From the NCBI GenBank assembly GCA_964399865.1, contig CAYNRJ010000002.1, positions 97,108 through 161,107 on the forward strand: DNA of 64,000 nucleotides. The letters run 5' to 3'. The notes beneath the pieces were generated by a model that saw only the letters and a program-made list of their open reading frames with translations, made no database searches and was not told the DNA's origin. This DNA comes from an uncultured Candidatus Saccharibacteria bacterium. GTDB taxonomy: Bacteria > Patescibacteriota > Minisyncoccia > Phycocordibacterales > UBA2100. A program made the position numbers and the translations under genes. Below are positions 56,803 to 64,000 of the stretch, in pieces; the first letter of the stretch is position 1, and the number at the start of each line of letters is the position of its first letter.

Positions 56803-59061
56803 ATGAACTCATTAGTCACGCGAAAATCTGTCTTGATAAGTATTGTCGCAATTCTTACCTTCGCGGCTGGTCTTACCATTACTGTATCTTCACCCATCGG
56901 TGAAGGTTTCAGTGTTTCAATAAATTCTGCTCTCGCGTTCGGTAACTCGGGCGACGGCGGTTGTTGCGGTACTGATGAGCCTGATCAACCTGATTACGAT
57001 CCGCCATCTTATGATCCGCCGGACTACCCTGATTACGATCCGCCACCTTCTCATCCAAAGCCTCACTGTTCAGCGTACATCAATCCCGACCAGGTAAATT
57101 ATGGCGGTAGCGCTACTCTTACGTGGACCTCTGCAAATGCTACGTCTGCAACAGTAACGGATTTCGGTAGTGAGCCAGTAAACGGTTCCAAAGCCCTCTC
57201 CAACATCACTGCGAATAAGACCTACTACGTAACTGTCTATGGACCAGGTGGTTCTGCGACATGTTCAGATACGGTCAAAGTGATCAAGCCAATGCCGGTC
57301 TGTACGATCAACGCTAACCCTTCTACGATTCAGAACGGAGGTTCCTCTACACTCACATGGACCTCTTCGAATGCAACATCTGCATCGATCAATCAGGGTA
57401 TCGGCGGCGTATCTGTAAATGGTAACCGCTCTGTCTCTCCGACAGGCACAAAAACGTACACTCTTACGGTGACTGGTCCTGGTGGTACTGCAAACTGCCA
57501 AACGACTATTATCGTTCAGAATCAGCTTCCTAGCTGTACATTCAACATTAATCCAAACTCTGTGCAGTACGGTGGTAATGCCACAGCTACATGGACATCT
57601 CAGAACGCTACGTCCGCTACTATCAACCAGGGTGTCGGCTCAGTCGCGCTCAATGGTTCGTACACAGCTTCTAACTTAACCTCTACAAAGACGTACATCA
57701 TGACCGTCACTGGTCCTGGTGGCAGCGCAACTTGTCAGGACACAGTAACTGTCCAACAGCAATCTGCTCCTAGCTGTACGATCACTGTAAATCCTCACTC
57801 AGTACAAATGGGTGGTAGCGTGAGCATCGTTTGGTCTTCAAACAACGCTACGTCAGCTACACTTACAGATTTCGGTAGTGAGCCGGTTAACGGATCACGC
57901 TCAGTGTCCAACATAAATTCGAACAAGACGTATGTTTTGACAGTCACAGGCCCAGGTGGAACTGCGACATGTCAGGACTCAGTCGTCGTTCAGGAGTCAC
58001 CAGCTCCGTACTGTACGATCAGTGCAAATCCGTCATCGATACAATACGGCGGTTCCTCGACTCTCACGTGGTCTTCAAACAATGCAACGTCAGCAGTCAT
58101 TAATCACAGTATCGGTTCAGTTGGTGTAAATGGCTCGTACGTCGTTTCGAACATCTACTCGACAAAGACGTACATCATGACCGTCTACAACGCGCAGGGT
58201 CAGAGCGCGAACTGCCAGACAACGATCTACGTCAACGAAATTCAATCGAATCCATCTTGTACGATCAATGCAAATCCTAACTCTATCCAACAGGGTGGTT
58301 CTTCTTACCTCACTTGGTCATCTTCGAACGCCATCTCTGCCAACCTCTCGACTATCGGTTCTGTCGGGGTGAATGGAAGCCAGACTGTGTATCCGTACAA
58401 CACGACAACATACGTGCTCACGGTATACGGACAGAATGGTCAAAGCGCACAGTGTCAGACGACTGTGAACATCGGTGTTGTATACAACAACCCACCAAGC
58501 TGCTGGATCTCGATCTCAAACAATAACCAGTACGACTACAATAACAGCCAGGCGACCCTCTCATGGGGTTCCTCTAACGCGACAAGCGCGTATATCAATC
58601 CGAACGTCGGTTCTGTCTCAACGTACGGAACACGCGTAGTCTATGTCTCTGGCTATCAGGTCTACACAATGACCGTCTACAACGCGCAGGGTCAGAGTGC
58701 GACATGTCAGACACAGACAACTCAGATCCCTCCGTACGTAGCTCTCACTCAGATCCCTTACACAGGTATTGATCTTGGTGGTGCAGGTACGATGCTCTAC
58801 TACTTCGCGATCCTCGCGTTTACAGTAGCCGCCGCGTATCTCGCTATCTACTACGTTCCAGCGTTTGCAGGTATCAAAGCCCGCATCCCAGTTGAAACGA
58901 TGGAAGCTCCGATGATATTCGCTCGATCAGTTGCAGCCGCAGTTCCGTTCGTTCACACAGCTACTCGTCCGAACGTACCAGGAAGTTCATTCAAAGATGC
59001 GATGACATTCGCTCGCTCTGAGAATGGAAGTGCGCCTCGCATCGTGATCCAGAGAAATTAA
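56803..59061 (+). CDS. surface protein paralog 3 (752 aa): signal peptide, Pro/Asp/Tyr-rich segment, eight Cys-bracketed ~80-aa repeats, LTQIPYTGIDLG motif, TM helix and conserved tail
   Basis: C-terminus DAMTFARSENGSAPRIVIQRN. Repeats CTI.ANPS.IQ.GGSSTLTW.S.NATSA ... TY.LTV.GPGG.A.CQ. Confidence 0.75.
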   Translation: MNSLVTRKSVLISIVAILTFAAGLTITVSSPIGEGFSVSINSALAFGNSGDGGCCGTDEPDQPDYDPPSYDPPDYPDYDPPPSHPKPHCSAYINPDQVNYGGSATLTWTSANATSATVTDFGSEPVNGSKALSNITANKTYYVTVYGPGGSATCSDTVKVIKPMPVCTINANPSTIQNGGSSTLTWTSSNATSASINQGIGGVSVNGNRSVSPTGTKTYTLTVTGPGGTANCQTTIIVQNQLPSCTFNINPNSVQYGGNATATWTSQNATSATINQGVGSVALNGSYTASNLTSTKTYIMTVTGPGGSATCQDTVTVQQQSAPSCTITVNPHSVQMGGSVSIVWSSNNATSATLTDFGSEPVNGSRSVSNINSNKTYVLTVTGPGGTATCQDSVVVQESPAPYCTISANPSSIQYGGSSTLTWSSNNATSAVINHSIGSVGVNGSYVVSNIYSTKTYIMTVYNAQGQSANCQTTIYVNEIQSNPSCTINANPNSIQQGGSSYLTWSSSNAISANLSTIGSVGVNGSQTVYPYNTTTYVLTVYGQNGQSAQCQTTVNIGVVYNNPPSCWISISNNNQYDYNNSQATLSWGSSNATSAYINPNVGSVSTYGTRVVYVSGYQVYTMTVYNAQGQSATCQTQTTQIPPYVALTQIPYTGIDLGGAGTMLYYFAILAFTVAAAYLAIYYVPAFAGIKARIPVETMEAPMIFARSVAAAVPFVHTATRPNVPGSSFKDAMTFARSENGSAPRIVIQRN

Positions 59062-59083
59062 TTCTACAGATCCAAGAATTAGC

Positions 59084-59115
59084 AAAATCGCCCCGGGAGG
59101 GGCGATTTTGTTTTA
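59084..59115. terminator. bidirectional rho-independent terminator between convergent genes
   Basis: AAAATCGCCCC-ggga-GGGGCGATTTT followed by GTTTTAT. Confidence 0.85.
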
Positions 59116-60363
59116 TAAGCGAGATGCTATTTCTTCCTGCAACTTTGCGATAGCTTCGCCGAGAGCGAGCGCTCCTACTTTTCCTTTGTCACGGCTTTCG
59201 AGAGAGACAGTTTTCTTTGCTACCTCGTCATCACCGACTACGAGAAGATACGGGATCTTTTCAGTCTTTGCAGTGCGGATCTTCTTACCCAAAGATTCGT
59301 TTGTGTAATCTATTTCTGCGCGAATGCCAGCCGAACGAAATAGGTCAAAAGCTTCTTTTGCATATTCCATGTGTTTATCGGAAATCGGAACAATCTTTGC
59401 TTGGATAGGAGAGAGCCAGAGAGGGAAGGCACCGGCATATTTTTCGATGAGGAATGCCATGATGCGTTCGATAGCTCCAATTGAAGAGCGGTGAATGACG
59501 AACGCGCGTTTCTTTGTGCCATCAGCGGCTGCATACGTAATATCGAAACGATCTGGCATGCAGAAGTCATACTGAACAGTGAATGCGGTGTCCTCTTTTC
59601 CGTTCACGTTCTTCATTTGTATGTCTATCTTTGGACCATAGAAAGCGGCCTCATCTTTTGCTTCTTCGAATGTGCTGCCGCGGGACTCAAGATGCTTTCG
59701 TAGTAGGTCTTCGCTTTTCTCCCATGCAGCATCATTTTTGTAGTACTTCTCGGTATTTGCGCGATCACCAAGTGAGAGGCGATATCGGTAATCGGTCCCT
59801 AGCTTTAGTCCAAAGACCCCGGCGACGTATTCAATAAGGTCGAGCGCCTTACCTACCTCCTCCACGGCCTGTTCTTCGGAGGCGCACACAATGTGTGCGT
59901 CAGCGAGGCAGAATGTGCGGACTCTTTGAAGGCCCATCAGTTCTCCCGATTGTTCGTATCGGTAGAGTTGCGCCAGCTCTGCAATTCTCATCGGAAGTTC
60001 GCGATAGCTGCGAGGCCTTGAAAGGAAAAGTTCAAAATGATGAGGGCACGTCATCGGGCGGAGCATGAACTCTTCGTCATCAATAACGATCGGCGCATAC
60101 ATGGAATCTTTGTAGTGTGGGTAGTGACCGCTCTTCTTATAGAGATCAAGTTTTGCGATGTCAGGGGTTTTGACGTGGAGGTATCCCCGGCGGATTTCTT
60201 CGTCCACTATGAAGCGTTCAAGTTCACGGCGGATTGTCGCACCCTTTGGCGTAAAGAGGGGAAGGCCTTTGCCGACGGTGTCGGAAAAGGTAAAGAGGTC
60301 GAGTTCGCGACCGAGTTTCTTATGGTCGCGGTCTTTAAGGCTATCTTGTGCTTCGTCTGCCAT
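59113..60363 (-). CDS. thrS: threonyl-tRNA synthetase, short form (class II catalytic core plus anticodon-binding domain; no N-terminal TGS/editing domains)
   Basis: Class II motifs (FRLRPMTCPHH, QYDFCMPDRF) and a C-terminal anticodon-binding fold. Only 416 aa. Confidence 0.85.
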   Translation of the reverse strand: MADEAQDSLKDRDHKKLGRELDLFTFSDTVGKGLPLFTPKGATIRRELERFIVDEEIRRGYLHVKTPDIAKLDLYKKSGHYPHYKDSMYAPIVIDDEEFMLRPMTCPHHFELFLSRPRSYRELPMRIAELAQLYRYEQSGELMGLQRVRTFCLADAHIVCASEEQAVEEVGKALDLIEYVAGVFGLKLGTDYRYRLSLGDRANTEKYYKNDAAWEKSEDLLRKHLESRGSTFEEAKDEAAFYGPKIDIQMKNVNGKEDTAFTVQYDFCMPDRFDITYAAADGTKKRAFVIHRSSIGAIERIMAFLIEKYAGAFPLWLSPIQAKIVPISDKHMEYAKEAFDLFRSAGIRAEIDYTNESLGKKIRTAKTEKIPYLLVVGDDEVAKKTVSLESRDKGKVGALALGEAIAKLQEEIASRL

Positions 60364-60455
60364 AGTAAAAGTGAATGATATACCGTGAGTGACATACAGG
60401 CAATTTGGGTAAAGCGAAACGGCCGCGCGAGCGCGGCCGTCTTCACGAGATTGCG

Positions 60456-60842
60456 TTAGGCAGGTCTCGATCGGAGTTCGTGCCTCATGTGGACGCAGAA
60501 GAGCTGCAGGTCTTCGAGGGGCTTCGTGGTTCGGCGGTGCCGACCGGCTTCCAGGTCGCTCAGAGTTGCTGCGAGGTCCATAAGATCACGTACCAATTTA
60601 TCTTGGCACGTGTAATTGTTCTCCGTGTGGAAATCACACAGAGCCTCCTTCACGCTTCTGCTGCACTTTGCCGTAGTGCCTGCAACGCAGGCAGCAAGAA
60701 TCTCGCTCGCCATTTCAAGGATGATTATTCTTGTATTGCGAATGACTTCCAGCTGACGCGCGTCCGGGTTCAATTCGGTGCTTCCGTGGATTTGCAGGAC
60801 GACCCTGCTGCATTCCGAAAGCGTTGCGACTCGATCGGGCAT
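60456..60842 (-). CDS. hypothetical protein (GC-richer)
   Basis: GGAGG-N6-ATG on the minus strand. Helical, protein-like composition. Preferred over the overlapping plus-strand ORF 60405..60920. Confidence 0.45.
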   Translation of the reverse strand: MPDRVATLSECSRVVLQIHGSTELNPDARQLEVIRNTRIIILEMASEILAACVAGTTAKCSRSVKEALCDFHTENNYTCQDKLVRDLMDLAATLSDLEAGRHRRTTKPLEDLQLFCVHMRHELRSRPA

Positions 60843-60916
60843 CTCGTGCCTCCATACTTGCTTCCCGTAAGATCGGGCAGTCTTTCTTGTAACCTAAAAG
60901 AAAGGGTGGGGCAAGG

Positions 60917-63900
60917 TTAGAGCGCTTTCGCCTTCTCTACGATAAAACTCGCCTCGCCGTTTCTATCTGAATATTTTCCTTTGAGCATGATGCACGCGCC
61001 AGCTGTAAATAGTGCCTCGTTCTCTTTTAGGATGCGAGGAAATGCGACGACTTCAATACTGTCGGAATAATCGGTTAATTTTGCGAATACCATCTTCTCT
61101 CCCTTTTTAGTGAGAATGGCACGAATGGTTTCGATGTATCCCGTGATGACAGTGTCCGCTCCACGCGGGAACTTTTCCTTCCCAGTCTTTATATCCATCT
61201 TTTGGTTTTTCAGCTTCTCCTTATATTTGTCGAGGGGATGACCTGACACATAGAGGCCGAGGAGTTCTCTTTCCCAGGTAAGACGCTCTTCCATCGTCGC
61301 TGGCTTCGTTTCGCGAAGTTTTATCTTTGCGGGAGAAGAAGTGGCGGCTCCAAAAAGGGAATTGAGGTTGGAGGGTGTATTTACGAATTCACGATGGTAA
61401 TCAAGGAGAGTATCTATGTTCGCCAGAAGCATGCCGCGCTCGCCCATTTCGTCGAGCGCTCCGGATTGGATAAGTGCCTCCACAGATTTCTTATTGAGAT
61501 TCTTATCTGGAATCCGGGAAAGGAAATCCCCTATGTCTTTGAACGCTGGTCCACTTTGACGCACTTTGAAAATAGAATCTCCAACCCCAGTGCCGAAATT
61601 CTTAATTGAATACAGACCAAATCGAATCGACTTGTCATCTACAACTGTAAACGTGCCCCTGCTTTCATTTACTGAAGGCGGGAGAATCGCGATACCCATT
61701 CGTTTACATTCCGTTATCGTTTCTCCGATCTTGTCCACGTTGCCTGCATCGGCGGTAAGAAGAGCGGCCATGTAGTCGACAGGGAAGTTCGCTTTCATAT
61801 ACGCGGTCTTATACGCGAGGTTTCCATAACTCACGGCGTGTGCACGATTGAAGCCGTACGCCGCGAACGTCTCGATCTGTTCCCACAACTTCTGCACGGT
61901 TGCGGGGGTGACCTTATTTGCGAGACAACCAGCTTTGAATTTCTCCTTTTGCGCCTCCATTTCGGACTTTATTTTCTTACCCATCGCTTTTCGGAACTTA
62001 TCGGCCTCGAGCCAGCTGTACCCAGCAAGTTTTATAGCGAGCTCGAGCACGTCGTCCTGGTAGGTGATGACGCCGTAGGAATTCTTTAGGATCGGTTCCA
62101 TTCGTGGGTCGAGGTAGCGCACCAATGAGGGATTTTTCTTTCGCTCAATGTAATTTGGGATGAACGCCATTGGTCCAGGACGATAGAGAGCCACCATCGC
62201 GTTGATATCGTGAATAGTTGTTGGCTTCAGTTCCGTCAGGTAACTGGTCATACCGTCGGACGCGAGCTGGAAAACGCCGTGTGTTTCGCCCCGCGCGAGC
62301 ATGTCGAACGTCTTTTGATCATTAAGAGGAAGCCGCTCTAGATCAACAGCTACACCGAGCCTTTCTTTGACACGGACTACTGAGTCGGCAAGAACAGAGA
62401 GGTTGGTGAGGCCAAGGAAGTCGAATTTAAGAAGTCCCGCGTCCTCGACTGCGTGCATGTCGTACTGCGTGATAATTTTTCCACCCTTCGGATCTTTTTG
62501 TATCGGCACGTAATCAGTCACTTCGGTCGGGGAAATCACAACGCCTGCCGCATGGACTCCCACGTGCCGTGCGTTGCCTTCAATTTTTTGCGCGAGGTCG
62601 ATCACTTCATGTGTCGAAACGTCCGTTTTATACATCTCTTTTAATTCTGGAGTGTCTTTGAGAGCCCCCGCGATTGTGACAGGGAAACCTTGTTTGCCAA
62701 ATGGAATAAGTTTTGCAATCGCGTCTCCAACGCCGTATGGATGACCAAGTGCGCGCGCAACGTCACGAACGGCAGCGCGCGCCATCATGGTGCCGAATGT
62801 ACCAACCTGCGCGACTTTATTCTCGCCATATTTCTGACGCACATAATCGATAAGTTCGTCTCGACGATTATCAGCGAGGTCCATATCGATATCGGGAGGA
62901 GAGGGGCGCTCTGGATTGAGGAATCGCTCGAAGGGGAGCTGATATTCAAGAGGATTCACGGTTGTAATACCTGTGAGATATGAGACAAGGGAACCTGCGG
63001 CACTTCCTCTTGTGTTGGTGAGAATGCCCTTTTCTCGAGCGTGTTTTAGAAGGTCGGCAACGACCAAAAAGTAAGGAGTGTAGCCCTTTTTCCCGATAAT
63101 GGAGAGTTCGTAATCTAGACGTTCCCTCGTTTCTTTTGTGTCAGGCATGCCGCGCAAAGTGATGCCTTCCTCAGCGAGAATACGTAATTCTTCATCCGAG
63201 CTTTTTCCTCGCGAAATTGGATATGAAGGGAAGACCCATTCACCGAGATGTAACTCTAGGTTGCACATCTCGACGACCTTCATTGTATTTTCGAGTGCTT
63301 CAGGAAGATCCTTGAAGAGTTCTCGGATGCGCGTCTTCTTTAAAAATGAAAAGTCTCGCGCCTCTACCTCGGGATCGCGTTCCAATACTCCAATGGACCT
63401 AATTTTATTTACAAGATCGCATGCGAGTGAATCCTCCTTCTTTAAGTAGTACACGTCGTGTGCTGCGATTAGTGGAATATTCGCTGTTTTTGCGGCGGCG
63501 ATTATTTTTTCCATTCGCTCGTCGTGGCCCGCAATTTCAGGATGGCGCGCGATCTCCACGAAACAATCGTCACCATAGATCTTTTTATGCCACTCAAATG
63601 TTTGCATCGCACGATCTTTGTCATCGTGACGAAGTGCGTGGGCATGTTCACCCGCATGCGACGGGAGAATTGCGACGAGGCCACCACTATATTTCTCGAG
63701 TAAATCACGATCTACGCGTGGGCGCTCGAAAAAACCCTCCATGTGGGATTTAGACACTAATTGAATGAGATTGCGGTACCCCTCTTCATTTTTCGCAAGG
63801 AGGACAAGACGACCCTTAGGCTCATCTACGCGGTGCTCTTGATCGAATCGCGTGCGCGGAGCTAGAAAGAAATCTACGCCGAGGATCGGTTTTATTCCTG

Positions 63901-64000
63901 CAGATTTACACTTTTTATAGAACTCAATAGCACCATAGAGATTGCCGTTGTCTGTGAGGGCAAGCGCTACTTGCCCGTCTGCTTTAGCTGCGTCTACAAG
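60917..64000 (-). CDS. dnaE: DNA polymerase III alpha subunit, 3'-partial view (the N-terminal PHP domain continues beyond the window end)
   Basis: PHP and polymerase core motifs. The minus-strand frame stays open through position 64000 (LVDAAKADGQVALALTDNGNLYGAIEF...). Confidence 0.9.
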   Translation of the reverse strand, partial: LVDAAKADGQVALALTDNGNLYGAIEFYKKCKSAGIKPILGVDFFLAPRTRFDQEHRVDEPKGRLVLLAKNEEGYRNLIQLVSKSHMEGFFERPRVDRDLLEKYSGGLVAILPSHAGEHAHALRHDDKDRAMQTFEWHKKIYGDDCFVEIARHPEIAGHDERMEKIIAAAKTANIPLIAAHDVYYLKKEDSLACDLVNKIRSIGVLERDPEVEARDFSFLKKTRIRELFKDLPEALENTMKVVEMCNLELHLGEWVFPSYPISRGKSSDEELRILAEEGITLRGMPDTKETRERLDYELSIIGKKGYTPYFLVVADLLKHAREKGILTNTRGSAAGSLVSYLTGITTVNPLEYQLPFERFLNPERPSPPDIDMDLADNRRDELIDYVRQKYGENKVAQVGTFGTMMARAAVRDVARALGHPYGVGDAIAKLIPFGKQGFPVTIAGALKDTPELKEMYKTDVSTHEVIDLAQKIEGNARHVGVHAAGVVISPTEVTDYVPIQKDPKGGKIITQYDMHAVEDAGLLKFDFLGLTNLSVLADSVVRVKERLGVAVDLERLPLNDQKTFDMLARGETHGVFQLASDGMTSYLTELKPTTIHDINAMVALYRPGPMAFIPNYIERKKNPSLVRYLDPRMEPILKNSYGVITYQDDVLELAIKLAGYSWLEADKFRKAMGKKIKSEMEAQKEKFKAGCLANKVTPATVQKLWEQIETFAAYGFNRAHAVSYGNLAYKTAYMKANFPVDYMAALLTADAGNVDKIGETITECKRMGIAILPPSVNESRGTFTVVDDKSIRFGLYSIKNFGTGVGDSIFKVRQSGPAFKDIGDFLSRIPDKNLNKKSVEALIQSGALDEMGERGMLLANIDTLLDYHREFVNTPSNLNSLFGAATSSPAKIKLRETKPATMEERLTWERELLGLYVSGHPLDKYKEKLKNQKMDIKTGKEKFPRGADTVITGYIETIRAILTKKGEKMVFAKLTDYSDSIEVVAFPRILKENEALFTAGACIMLKGKYSDRNGEASFIVEKAKAL

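Noticed and set aside
60405-60920. Plus-strand ORF (171 aa) overlapping the minus-strand ORF 60456..60842
   Set aside because: Arg/Ser-rich, non-protein-like composition and no ribosome-binding site. The minus-strand ORF has GGAGG-N6-ATG and helical composition, and lies co-directionally between dnaE and thrS.

Overview
The window is a 64-kb chromosomal segment of a small-genome bacterium with about 50% GC. Gene content (split transketolase, giant repetitive surface protein, LamG and CARDB proteins, sortase, compact ribosomal/translation genes) suggests a CPR/Patescibacteria-like, probably monoderm, organism. This lineage assignment is an inference.

Layout:
(a) 1-22.3 kb: a 5'-truncated giant (>6,200 aa) repetitive fibre-like protein. 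It contains YadA/Hep_Hag-like beta-roll repeats, about 25 copies of a ~120-aa repeat, two C-terminal S74-type intramolecular-chaperone-like modules and an Ig-like domain. Three ATGA-overlapping genes follow it: a class-A beta-lactamase-fold serine hydrolase, a 3x LamG lectin-like protein and a small membrane protein.
(b) 22.3-36.7 kb: a housekeeping block. gap; a secreted Cys-rich repeat protein; a pentose-phosphate operon rpiB-rpe-tktN-(PPC/DUF296)-tktC; a PfkB kinase; rplY; a coiled-coil MltB-like lytic transglycosylase; a plsC-like acyltransferase; rpmE, prfA, rpsB, tsf; and tRNA-Thr(UGU) followed by an att-like tandem duplication of its 3' end.
(c) 36.9-44.3 kb: a thioredoxin-fold protein, a GT2 glycosyltransferase, a monomeric-type pheS with a fused FDX-ACB domain, gyrB, a CARDB membrane protein and a sortase.
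(d) 44.3-59.1 kb: a compositionally mosaic accessory island. High-GC (about 62-65%, GC3-rich) small membrane/secreted genes, each behind a near-consensus sigma70 promoter, are interleaved with AT-richer genes. The island includes three paralogous signal-peptide surface proteins ending in a conserved Q-IPYTG-[FI]DLG motif, a TM helix and a long conserved cytoplasmic tail. These may be a non-canonical sortase substrate family.
(e) 59.1-64 kb: a short-form thrS, a hypothetical gene and 3'-truncated dnaE.

No rRNA, CRISPR array, transposase, integrase or reverse transcriptase was recognised.
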